Positions 20,046-28,385 of a stretch of DNA of 64,000 nt are shown here, one piece after another. How positions within the stretch are numbered: the stretch's first letter is position 1; every line of letters starts with the position of its first letter. The position numbers and the translations under genes are program-made. The stretch comes from Rikenellaceae bacterium (GTDB taxonomy: Bacteria > Bacteroidota > Bacteroidia > Bacteroidales > Rikenellaceae). The notes under the pieces are model-generated. The model saw only the letters and a program-made list of their open reading frames with translations, did not search any database and was not told the origin of the DNA. The stretch is taken from contig JAGBHC010000027.1 in assembly GCA_017935625.1 (NCBI GenBank), positions 17,913 to 81,912 of the forward strand. The letters run 5' to 3'.

Positions 20046-20378
20046 ATGAAAGATTTCGACGAAACATTCCGCAAGCAAATCGGCAAGGAGGGTCTCACGC
20101 TGGTGGACTTCTTCGCCACCTGGTGCGGTCCCTGCAAGGCCATGCATCCCATACTCACCCAGCTCAAGGAGAAGCTGGGCGACCAGGTGCACATCATGAA
20201 AGTGGACGTGGACCTGCCCGAACACGGCAATGTCATCTCCCACTACAACATCGCCTCCGTACCCACGCTCATCCTCTTCCGTGCGGGCAAGGCCCTGTGG
20301 CGCGGCAGCGGCGTGGTGAGCGCCGAGTATCTGAAGGGCATCATCGAACAGGCCCGCCGCGAACCCATAAAGTGTTAG
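20046..20378 (+). CDS. trxA: Thioredoxin
   Basis: 110 aa with the WCGPC active site (FFATWCGPCKAM). Confidence 0.9.
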   Translation: MKDFDETFRKQIGKEGLTLVDFFATWCGPCKAMHPILTQLKEKLGDQVHIMKVDVDLPEHGNVISHYNIASVPTLILFRAGKALWRGSGVVSAEYLKGIIEQARREPIKC

Positions 20379-21082
20379 ACGGGAAGCCGCCAGGCCACCT
20401 CCTCCGCAAGATAACGCAGCGGAGCCCGGTCGCTGCCGGACCACGAGCCGCAAAGAGCCTCCACGGCCTTGCGGCTCGCTTCGTCTCGGCGGGCCAGGCG
20501 GGCCAGCAGCTCGGCCGACGCCTGGAGCGTGGCGCGGCCGTCGTCGCAGAACCGGCTCTCCAGCAGCGCAATCGCCTCATCGGTGGGGACATCCACCGCC
20601 GCACCCCGCTGCATGGCCTTGAGGGCCGCCACCACGGCACAGTGGCGCAGCAGCGGCTCTCCGCCGTCCAGCCAGCCGCGCATCGCCGCAGCGAGCGCCC
20701 CGCTGCGCGACAGCAGCACGGCCCCCAGGTGCTCGGCCACCTCCGAATTGACCACGCCTGCGGCCCAAAAGGGCAGCGTGTCGGGAGTCACCTGCGCCGG
20801 GTCGGCCACCGTGAGCGCCGCCAGACGCAGCTCGCGCACCTGCTGGCGGTAAAGCAGCCGAGCCAGCCCGTGGTCGGGCGCGAAGTCGGCCGCCACGGCC
20901 CGTATCGTCGGAACCGACACTCCGTAGCTGAGCGGATAGACGATTCCCCGGCTCTCCATCCCGCCGACCACGGCTCCGTTCATCTCCACCTTCAGACGCC
21001 GCAACAGCTCGGCCATACGCGCCGTAGCATTCATATCCTTCATAACAAATCCCGTTTTGAAATCATCGGCGCACCGGAACAT
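20375..21082 (-). CDS. DNA alkylation repair / HEAT-like repeat protein. Start uncertain: alternative ATGs at 21043 and 21034.
   Basis: About 225-235 aa, helical-repeat composition with a YGVSVPTIRAVA motif similar to the AlkD-like family. Confidence 0.55.
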   Translation of the reverse strand: MFRCADDFKTGFVMKDMNATARMAELLRRLKVEMNGAVVGGMESRGIVYPLSYGVSVPTIRAVAADFAPDHGLARLLYRQQVRELRLAALTVADPAQVTPDTLPFWAAGVVNSEVAEHLGAVLLSRSGALAAAMRGWLDGGEPLLRHCAVVAALKAMQRGAAVDVPTDEAIALLESRFCDDGRATLQASAELLARLARRDEASRKAVEALCGSWSGSDRAPLRYLAEEVAWRLPV

Positions 21083-21092
21083 CCCGGCGCCG

Positions 21093-21818
21093 TTACTCTA
21101 TTTTCAGATAAAAATCGCGCATCAGGGCCCTGTACCCGTCGCTCCACACCCCCGGCGCACACTCGACCGCCAGCTCCGAACGCTCCACCCCGCAGGGCGG
21201 CTCCCCCTTGACCAGTTCGGTCATCACCCGCCGGGGCGGCTTGCGCGGCACGGTCCGCACCGCCGTCTCCCGCACCGGACAGAGCCCCGCCCCCACCGCT
21301 TCGGCCACGAACCTCCGCGACTCCTCCGGCGGCAGTATCACCGCCAGCCGGCCGCCCGGCTCCAGCAGGGCCGCCGCACCCGCCGCCAACTCGGCATGAC
21401 TGAGCGAGGCGGTGTGACGGGCCGCCGTGCGCGACGCATCGGGACAGAGGAGCGACCCCACGAAATAGGGCGGATTGGAGACTATCAAATCGTAGCGCTC
21501 GCCCGACGCGGCATACTCCTGCAACGACGCCCGCCACACCCGGCAGCGGTCGCCCCAGGGCGAAGCAGCGAAGTTGGCCGCGGCGCAACGGCAGCTCTCC
21601 GGCACGATGTCGATGGCATCGACCCGTGCCGAGGGGAAGCGCTGCGCAGCCATCAGGGCGATGAGCCCCGTACCCGTGCCGACGTCGAGCACCCGCCGCC
21701 AGTCGTCGCGGGCAGCTCCGCACCAGGCCCCCAGCAGCGCACCGTCGGTGCCCACCTTCATGGCACACCCGCTCTGGTTCACGGTGAAGCGTTTGAATCT
21801 GAACTCGTCGCAACCCAT
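21093..21818 (-). CDS. tRNA1(Val) (adenine37-N6)-methyltransferase (YfiC/TrmN6-like)
   Basis: Internal ATG (MGCDEFRFKRFTVNQSGCAMKVGTDGALLGAW). SAM motif VLDVGTGTGLIALM and catalytic NPPY (IVSNPPYF). Confidence 0.8.
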   Translation of the reverse strand: MGCDEFRFKRFTVNQSGCAMKVGTDGALLGAWCGAARDDWRRVLDVGTGTGLIALMAAQRFPSARVDAIDIVPESCRCAAANFAASPWGDRCRVWRASLQEYAASGERYDLIVSNPPYFVGSLLCPDASRTAARHTASLSHAELAAGAAALLEPGGRLAVILPPEESRRFVAEAVGAGLCPVRETAVRTVPRKPPRRVMTELVKGEPPCGVERSELAVECAPGVWSDGYRALMRDFYLKIE

Positions 21819-21832
21819 TTTCTCCGATTTTT

Positions 21833-22615
21833 TCAATTTCGAACCGCTCCGCCGATACCGGCACCGAACAGCGCGAAGTCGTACTTCACGGGGTCCTCCG
21901 CATCCAGTTCGCGCAGCGCCCCGGTGAGCTCCTCCACCGCTTTCCAGTCGTTCTGACGGCGCCGGAGCAGCCCCAGCGCACGCCCCACGTTGCCCGTGTG
22001 GAGGTCGAGCGGGACATAGAGCGCCGAGGCGGGAATCCCCTCCCACAGGCCGAAATCGACCCCGCGGCCGTCGCGGCGCACCATCCAGCGAATGTACATG
22101 TTGAGCCGTTTGCAGGCCGCTCCCCGGTCGATGGACGAGAGGTGTTTCTCGCAATGGGGGTCGTGCCCTGTCGAGAAGAAGAGCGCCCGGAACTCGGAAA
22201 GCACCCGGCGCATGTCGCCCGTACGGGCATAGGCTTCGGTGAAAAAGGCGCCCAACCCGCCCCGCTCGACGTACAGATGCCGCAGGGCCCGCACGAAAGC
22301 GATGAAATCGGCCCCGTTGAAGGTGCGGTGGACGCAGGTGGCCAGCCGCCCCAGCTCCGCGTCCGAGGCGTTCAGGGTGAAGTCGTAGGGAGAGTCGTCC
22401 ATGTAGCGCATCATGCGGCGGGCACTGCCCACTATCGCCTTGCGGTTGCCCCAGGCGATGGTGGAGGCCAGAAAGCCGCTTATCTCGATATCCTCCGCCG
22501 CGCTGAAGGCATGGGGCACGCTGACGGGGTCGGATTCGATGAACTCCGGACGGTTGTAACGGTCGTGGAGCTCCTCCAGCAACTCCTTCAGTTCGGCCTT
22601 TCGCATCGTCTCCAT
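21833..22615 (-). CDS. TIGR02757/DUF2400-family protein
   Basis: 260 aa. FIESDPVSVPH...ISGFLASTIAWGNRKAI... resembles this conserved family as I recall it. Confidence 0.6.
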   Translation of the reverse strand: METMRKAELKELLEELHDRYNRPEFIESDPVSVPHAFSAAEDIEISGFLASTIAWGNRKAIVGSARRMMRYMDDSPYDFTLNASDAELGRLATCVHRTFNGADFIAFVRALRHLYVERGGLGAFFTEAYARTGDMRRVLSEFRALFFSTGHDPHCEKHLSSIDRGAACKRLNMYIRWMVRRDGRGVDFGLWEGIPASALYVPLDLHTGNVGRALGLLRRRQNDWKAVEELTGALRELDAEDPVKYDFALFGAGIGGAVRN

Positions 22616-22618
22616 AGG

Positions 22619-23284
22619 CTATGCACCGGTTTCGCAGACAATGGCTCCGTCGCTCATGGTAATCACCCGGTCGGCCATACGGGCCAGCCCCGAGTCGTGG
22701 GTGACGATGACGAAAGTCTGCCCCAGCCGCTCCCGCAGCTCGAAAAACAGACGGTGCAGCTCCTCGCGGTTGCGGCTGTCGAGATTGCCCGAGGGTTCGT
22801 CGGCCAGCACCACCGCCGGCGAATTTATCAGCGCCCGCGCCACGGCAAAACGCTGCTGCTCGCCGCCCGAAAGCTGGGCGGGCTTATGCTCCGCGCGGCC
22901 GGCGACTCCCAGCATCTCCGTCAGCTCCCGCGCCCGGCGCTCCACCTCCCCCCGCGGACGGCCGCCGAGGTAGCCCGGCAGACACACGTTCTCCAGAGCG
23001 GTGAACTCCGGCAGCAGGTGATGGAACTGGAAGACGAAGCCTATCCGCCGGTTGCGGAACCGGGAGAGCTCCCGGTCCTGCAGCGCCAGCACGTCGGTGC
23101 CGTCGATAAGCACCCGGCCCGAATCGGGACGGCTGAGCGTGCCCAGTATCTGCAACAGGGTGGTCTTGCCCGCCCCGCTCGCGCCCACTATCGACACGAC
23201 CTGGCCCGCCTCCACCGAAAGCGACACGCCGCGCAGCACCTCCAGTCCGCCGAAACTCTTGTGTATGTCCGTAATCCGTATCAT
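22619..23284 (-). CDS. lolD: ABC transporter ATP-binding protein, LolD-like
   Basis: ATG at 23284 ([11 protein letters not shown]); the track start at 23293 is GTG. Walker [10 protein letters not shown], signature LSGGEQQR and Walker B VVLADEP. Confidence 0.8.
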   Translation of the reverse strand: MIRITDIHKSFGGLEVLRGVSLSVEAGQVVSIVGASGAGKTTLLQILGTLSRPDSGRVLIDGTDVLALQDRELSRFRNRRIGFVFQFHHLLPEFTALENVCLPGYLGGRPRGEVERRARELTEMLGVAGRAEHKPAQLSGGEQQRFAVARALINSPAVVLADEPSGNLDSRNREELHRLFFELRERLGQTFVIVTHDSGLARMADRVITMSDGAIVCETGA

Positions 23285-23354
23285 GCGATTCACTTTTTTT
23301 CAATCCGTATCCGCTCTCCGCCGCACGGAGGCGGCACGCCGGCCCCCTTCGGCA

Positions 23355-24188
23355 CTACAACGGAGCCTGCCGGAAAGCCTCGAACAGCGCGACCGTCTCC
23401 ACCGCCTCGCGCACGTCGTGCACGCGAAGCAGCCGGACCCCCTGACGCAGACACTCCCAGTGCAGCGCCGTGGTGCCATTGAGCGCCTCGGCCGGCGACA
23501 CTCCCAGCTGCCGGTAAATCATCGACTTGCGCGAAACGCCGGCCAGCAGCGGCAGGCCCAGCTCCCCCAGCGAGGAGAGGCCCTTGAGCAGCGAGTAGTT
23601 CTGTTCGAGCGTCTTGGCGAACCCGAATCCCGGGTCGAGAATCAACTCCCCGATACCCGCCTCGCGCAGACGGGCCGCCTTCTGCGTGAAATAGCGCTTC
23701 ACCTCGGCGACGATGCCGCAGGCATAGTCGGTCCGGCCCTGCATGTCGGCAGGCGTACCGCGCATGTGCATGGCGATGTAGGGCAATCCCAGACGGGCCA
23801 CGGCGGGAATCATCGCCGGGTCGAGCTCTCCGGCCGAAATGTCGTTCACGATGACCGCGCCGAACCGCTGCACGACGCCCTCGACCACGCTGGCCCGGAA
23901 CGTGTCCACCGAGACCGGCATCGCCGGGGCCAGCTCCCGCACGGCCTCCACCCCCAGACACACGCGCCGCAGCTCCTCGCCGGGCGATACGTCGTCGGCA
24001 CCCGGACGCGAGGAGTAGCCCCCCACGTCGATGACGGAGGCCCCCTGCGCAACCGCCTCGGCAATCCGCTCGCGAAGCGGCCCCGCAGCAGGCGTACGGC
24101 TGCCCGCCCAAAACGAATCGGGCGTCACATTGACGATAGCCATCACGGCCGCACGGCCCGTAACGAGCCCCATATCCTCGAGTTTCAT
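23355..24188 (-). CDS. folP: Dihydropteroate synthase
   Basis: 277 aa. VMAIVNVTPDSF, DVGGYSSRPG and GVSRKSM motifs. Confidence 0.9.
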   Translation of the reverse strand: MKLEDMGLVTGRAAVMAIVNVTPDSFWAGSRTPAAGPLRERIAEAVAQGASVIDVGGYSSRPGADDVSPGEELRRVCLGVEAVRELAPAMPVSVDTFRASVVEGVVQRFGAVIVNDISAGELDPAMIPAVARLGLPYIAMHMRGTPADMQGRTDYACGIVAEVKRYFTQKAARLREAGIGELILDPGFGFAKTLEQNYSLLKGLSSLGELGLPLLAGVSRKSMIYRQLGVSPAEALNGTTALHWECLRQGVRLLRVHDVREAVETVALFEAFRQAPL

Positions 24189-24790
24189 TCTCCCCGGTCG
24201 GTTTTATGTCTCAATATCGCATCGAGCTCCCCGACCTGGCGGGTCAGCTCCTCCATGCTTTCGTTCACAATCGTCCAGTCGGCCCGCCGCTCCCGCTCGC
24301 GGTCGCTCATCTGGTGGGCCATACGCCGCAGCACCGCCTCGCGGTCGCTGCCGTCGCGGGCCATGCACCGGGCGATGCGCAACTCCTGCGGCGCCGAAAC
24401 GGTCACCGTGAAATCCACCCGGGAGTCGAACCCGCTCTCGAAAAGAATCGCACTCTCCAGCAGGACGTAACGCGCCCCCTCGCGGCACCGCTCCTCGGCC
24501 CAGCGCCGGAAATCGCGCCCCACGGCCGGATGGACCACCCCGTCGAGCGCCGCCAGCAGACTGCGGTCGGCGAAAACCCGCGCCGAGAGCCAGGCCCTGT
24601 CGAGCCTCCCCTCCCGGTAGCACGCCTCGCCGAACAGAGCGGTCAGCTCGCGCCGGATGTCCCCGTCGCTGTCCATCAGCAGCCGGGCCCGGCTGTCGGA
24701 GTCGTAGACCGCGACGCCCCGCTGCTCGAAAAGCCGGCAGACGGTCGATTTGCCGCTGCCGATACCGCCCGTTATACCCACTCTTATCAT
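24185..24790 (-). CDS. coaE: Dephospho-CoA kinase
   Basis: Internal ATG (MIRVGITGGIGSGKSTV), 201 aa. Its stop overlaps the folP start as ATGA. Confidence 0.9.
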   Translation of the reverse strand: MIRVGITGGIGSGKSTVCRLFEQRGVAVYDSDSRARLLMDSDGDIRRELTALFGEACYREGRLDRAWLSARVFADRSLLAALDGVVHPAVGRDFRRWAEERCREGARYVLLESAILFESGFDSRVDFTVTVSAPQELRIARCMARDGSDREAVLRRMAHQMSDRERERRADWTIVNESMEELTRQVGELDAILRHKTDRGE

Positions 24791-25182
24791 TTTCTCTCGA
24801 CGGGTACCAGCGGAATGGCTCCGACCGATACGATTTTGATGTCGGCCTTGCGGACCGAAATGGCATTCTGCAGCGAAGCGGGCGTGATGACCGCGAACCC
24901 CACGCTGTCGGAGGGTTTCATCTCCACATCGGTGGGCCGCAGCACCACCCGGTTGCTCACATAGTAGCGGTGGGCGAAGAGACGATAGCCCGCCCCCTCG
25001 ACCACGCACGGCACGTCGAACTCCTCGCCGTTGATGCTCACCCGCACGGGCATTTCGGTGGTGTAGGTGTAGCTGAGCTTGGTGACATACCACAGAATGA
25101 ACGAAGAGAAGAGCAGCATCAGAAATACCGGAGAAGAGTATTTGCGCAGAAGAATCTTGATGTATAGTATCAACCGTTTCAT
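24787..25182 (-). CDS. Membrane-anchored hypothetical protein (possibly YbbR-like)
   Basis: Internal ATG (MKRLILYIKILL...) and one N-terminal TM segment. Its stop overlaps the coaE start as ATGA. Confidence 0.55.
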   Translation of the reverse strand: MKRLILYIKILLRKYSSPVFLMLLFSSFILWYVTKLSYTYTTEMPVRVSINGEEFDVPCVVEGAGYRLFAHRYYVSNRVVLRPTDVEMKPSDSVGFAVITPASLQNAISVRKADIKIVSVGAIPLVPVERK

Positions 25183-25344
25183 ACGGCAAAGATATGAAAA
25201 GCGAAAAGCAAAAGCAAACATGTTCGCACTTTGCCGGACGGGAATATCCCGAACGGAGCCGAAGCGTGTCATTCACGGAAAAAGCGGACACTTCCCGGCC
25301 CGCGATTCGCCGCAGGCCGCGGCGCTGAGCCGCACGGCGGACGT

Positions 25345-26238
25345 CTAATCCCGGTTCCAGCCGCCGTGCGTATTCCGGGTGTAGGAATTTCCGTCGCTGC
25401 CGTAGAAGCGGTTTCCGGAGAAGGTTCCGCCAATCTCCCGCCCGAAGCCGTCCATCAGCGTACCCGGGGTCGTCACGCTCTTGTAGGCCCCGCCCGACAG
25501 GGCTGCCAGGGTTACCAGAATGGCCAGAATCAGGAAATCGTTCCCCTCCTTCATGATGGACAGAATCACGAACAGGAACGTGAAGGTCCACGCGACGCCG
25601 CCCACGACCGACACCAGCGTGAGCAGGATGTTCCTGCGCCAAAAGGTGAAGAGCGACTTGACGGCATCGAGGACCGCCGTGCCCCCGACGACACACACCA
25701 CGCACCACACGATGAAGCCAATCCATCCGAATCCGTTCGCATCGTTCATGAACCAGATGGCCAGACCGTCGTTCAGGTTGGAATAGACATACGACATAAT
25801 GGCGAGCGGAATCACCGCCGGTGCCGCGAGGGTAAGCGTCCCCGCTATCCAGCCCACGAAAAACACGCCCCGGTCCGAAAACACGCCGGCCAGCCACCAC
25901 AGCAGAACGCACAGCAGCGCATAGACTCCCACCCCGATGCCGAGCCACATCAGCCAGGTCCGGGCCTCGGCCACCGTGGCACTCGGACGAACAGTGAAGA
26001 AATCCATCACCCGATTGACAAAGGGCGAGGAAAACGGCGAACCCGACACGCAAAGGAGGGCCGCAGGCAGCGGCAGGGCGCGGCAGGACGGTTGCAGCGA
26101 CCCGACGGGACCATCCGCCGCCGCTCCCACGGCGTGCGGACGGAACGTTCCGCCCGGGGCGGCCATCTCCGCGGCACCGGCGTCGGAGAGCACGGCCGAC
26201 AACACGCAGGTCAAAAACAGAACGAACAACTTTTTCAT
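25345..26238 (-). CDS. Multi-pass integral membrane protein, unknown function
   Basis: 297 aa with a signal-like N-terminus, at least six hydrophobic segments and a Gly/Asn-rich C-terminal tail. Confidence 0.6.
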   Translation of the reverse strand: MKKLFVLFLTCVLSAVLSDAGAAEMAAPGGTFRPHAVGAAADGPVGSLQPSCRALPLPAALLCVSGSPFSSPFVNRVMDFFTVRPSATVAEARTWLMWLGIGVGVYALLCVLLWWLAGVFSDRGVFFVGWIAGTLTLAAPAVIPLAIMSYVYSNLNDGLAIWFMNDANGFGWIGFIVWCVVCVVGGTAVLDAVKSLFTFWRRNILLTLVSVVGGVAWTFTFLFVILSIMKEGNDFLILAILVTLAALSGGAYKSVTTPGTLMDGFGREIGGTFSGNRFYGSDGNSYTRNTHGGWNRD

Positions 26239-26317
26239 AGAAGTGCAATTTTCAGGTTAGTTCCGCTCCGGCACGGCACCTTCGGGAAAAATTCCGGGGC
26301 CACGCACAAAGCGAAAA

Positions 26318-26325
26318 CAAAGATA
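26318..26325 (-). promoter_or_regulatory. -7 box (TATCTTTG on the minus strand) for the membrane protein gene
   Basis: The plus strand reads caaagata, about 80 nt upstream of the ATG at 26238. Confidence 0.45.
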
Positions 26326-26457
26326 ACATGCAACTTTCGGAAAAGCAAACATTTCGCCCGGATTTTTCCAATCCGCCCTCCGGTCTCCGGCGCCGCCTCT
26401 CCGGAGCGCCGTCCCGCTGAATCCGCCGATTCCCGTCCCGCCTCCGGACTCCGCACC

Positions 26458-26645
26458 CGTCGAACCCCCGGCGCCGCACACGAAAGCCGCAGCCGTCGAA
26501 TCCACCGACACCACACGCAAAAGCCGCACCCCGTCGAATCCACCGGCGCCGCACACGAAAGCCGCACCCCGTCGAACCCACCGGCGCCGCACACGAAAGC
26601 CGCAGCCCGTCGAACCCACCGGCGCCGCACACGAAAGCCGCAGCC
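26458..26645. repeat. Tandem array of five units with a 36-38 bp period
   Basis: cgtcgaaYccaccgRcRccRcacRcgaaagccgcaSc begins at 26458, 26494, 26532, 26570 and 26608. The units are contiguous with no spacers. Confidence 0.95.
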
Positions 26646-26734
26646 GCCCTTTCACGCACGAAAGACTGCTCACCACACAGTTCTCAGTCACTCCCGCATA
26701 CTCCCAATCGCCCCGCATGTTCCCCACAAACACC

Positions 26735-26793
26735 CCGCACACGAAAGCCGCACCCGTCGAATCCACCGACACCGCACACGAAAGCCGCCCGCC
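26735..26793. repeat. About 1.5 further copies of the same 38-bp unit, 90 bp from the main array
   Basis: ccgcacacgaaagccgcacc + cgtcgaatccaccgacaccgcacacgaaagccgcc. Confidence 0.85.
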
Positions 26794-26804
26794 CGTATGC
26801 ACGA

Positions 26805-26837
26805 AAAAAGAGCGGCATTGCCCATACCGCTCTTTTT
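26805..26837 (-). terminator. Terminator after ompH/skp
   Basis: aaaaagagcgg / ccgctcttttt stem with A/T runs on both sides. Confidence 0.7.
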
Positions 26838-26885
26838 CCTGTCCGATGCGCCGGCCGCGACGACTCGCGCCCGGGGACGCAACAA

Positions 26886-27479
26886 CTATTTCGAAGCCTT
26901 CTTCTCGGCCGCGTACTTCGCATTCAGCCCCTCGACCACCTGGTCGGTGATGTCCAGCGCCGGGTCGGCGTGGAGAATGGGTGCCGAACCCGAAGTGGTG
27001 AGAATCATCTTGTATTTGTAGTCGGCGTTGAACTCCTGCAGGAAAGTCATCAGGTTGTTGTAGATATTGTTGTTCATCACCTGCTGGTCCTCGGCCAGTT
27101 CGGCCATCATATTGTTGTAGTAGGCCTCCAGATTCTGCTGTCTCTTGCCGAGATTCTCCTCCAGCTCGGCAGCCTGGGCACGGGTCACCAGACCTTTCTG
27201 CACCTTTTCGTTGGCATCGGCCACCGCGGATTCGAGACTGCGGCGCTTCGAGGTGAGCTCCTTGTCCACCTTATCGGCCTTGGCCTGCACCTCGGCCCCC
27301 TTTTCGGTCACGTAGTCGTAACGGGCCATCAACGAATCCATGTTCACATAGGCGATATCGTAGACGCCCACCTCCTGTACGGGCTGCGCGCCAGCCACCG
27401 CTTCGTTCTTAACGCCATTGTTTTTGCAGCCAACCAGAGCGAATGCGACCAGGGAAGCCACCAACAGAACTTTTCTCAT
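26886..27479 (-). CDS. OmpH/Skp-family periplasmic chaperone (lipoprotein form)
   Basis: 197 aa. Signal plus Cys (LVGCKNN) and a long coiled-coil-like K/E/Q/A-rich core. Confidence 0.75.
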   Translation of the reverse strand: MRKVLLVASLVAFALVGCKNNGVKNEAVAGAQPVQEVGVYDIAYVNMDSLMARYDYVTEKGAEVQAKADKVDKELTSKRRSLESAVADANEKVQKGLVTRAQAAELEENLGKRQQNLEAYYNNMMAELAEDQQVMNNNIYNNLMTFLQEFNADYKYKMILTTSGSAPILHADPALDITDQVVEGLNAKYAAEKKASK

Positions 27480-27525
27480 AACAGTTTCAGAGATTTTAAA
27501 ATAAACAATTCCTTAATTTTAGCCA

Positions 27526-27533
27526 CAAAGATA
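27526..27533 (-). promoter_or_regulatory. -7 box (TATCTTTG on the minus strand) for ompH
   Basis: The plus strand reads caaagata, about 47 nt upstream of the ATG at 27479. Confidence 0.5.
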
Positions 27534-27556
27534 TAAATTTTATTTCGGTTTATTGC

Positions 27557-27564
27557 TAACTTTG
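27557..27564 (+). promoter_or_regulatory. -7 box (TAACTTTG) for ruvA
   Basis: Lies 18 nt upstream of the ruvA ATG and is divergent from the ompH box. Confidence 0.5.
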
Positions 27565-27581
27565 CCAAAAACATTACACCG

Positions 27582-28175
27582 ATGTACGAATACATAACCG
27601 GCAGAATCGACGAAGCGACCCCCGCCTACGCAGTGGTGGAGGCGGCGGGCGTGGGATACTTTATAAATATATCGCTCCACACCTACTCCAAAATCGAACG
27701 CCAGACCGAAGCCAAAATATACACCCACTACATCGTGCGCGAAGACGCGCAGATACTCTACGGATTCGCCTCCCGCCAGGAACGCGAGCTCTTCCGGCTG
27801 CTGATAAGCGTCTCGGGCGTGGGCGGCAACACCGCCCGCATGGTGCTCTCCACCTATTCGCCCTCGGAGCTGGTCTCCATCATCGGCAGCGGCAACGCCG
27901 CCCTGCTCAAGAACGTCAAGGGGCTGGGGCTGAAAACGGCCCAGAAGATAATCGTGGAGCTCAAGGACAAAATCGCCGCGACGGCCGTCGCCCCCGAACT
28001 CCCCGCCCAGGCGGCGGAGAGCGCCGATACGGCCTCTGCGGAAGCCGTATCGGCGCTGGTGATGCTCGGCTTCCCGAAGGCCGCCTCCGAAAAGGCGGTC
28101 AAGAGCATCCGCAAACAGGCCCCCTCGCTGCAGGTGGAGGAGATTGTCAAGCTGGCCCTCAAAAGCTACATGTAA
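27582..28175 (+). CDS. ruvA: Holliday junction branch migration complex subunit RuvA
   Basis: 197 aa. MYEYITGRI...GVGYFINISLHTY, LISVSGVGGNTARMVLS and helix-hairpin-helix GLGLKTAQKII. Confidence 0.95.
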   Translation: MYEYITGRIDEATPAYAVVEAAGVGYFINISLHTYSKIERQTEAKIYTHYIVREDAQILYGFASRQERELFRLLISVSGVGGNTARMVLSTYSPSELVSIIGSGNAALLKNVKGLGLKTAQKIIVELKDKIAATAVAPELPAQAAESADTASAEAVSALVMLGFPKAASEKAVKSIRKQAPSLQVEEIVKLALKSYM

Positions 28176-28385
28176 CCCGGGCGCCCCGCTCCGAAACCTT
28201 TCGGCAGCAGACCGATGCGGCGGCCGCCGGCACCCCCGCGACGCCCGCCGCAAGGCCTTGCCCCATGTTACCGCTATGTTACCAAATAGTTAAGCGAAAG
28301 TTAAGGAATCTTTACAATTGAGCGTGGCCCCTCGGCCTCTGCGCAATATTTACTATCTTTACGCCCGATTCAGAAAAAACAGGAC

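Noticed and set aside
26458-26793. Possible CRISPR array, because the repeats have a period of about 38 bp
   Set aside because: The units are directly contiguous with no unique spacers, no cas genes lie nearby, and the units drift in sequence. This is a minisatellite, not a CRISPR array.
26235-26923. Several 65-181-aa minus-strand ORFs with repeating RLSCAAPVGSTGCGF peptides
   Set aside because: They are translations of the 38-bp tandem repeat in different frames, and the frame changes with 36 versus 38 bp units. They are not coding.
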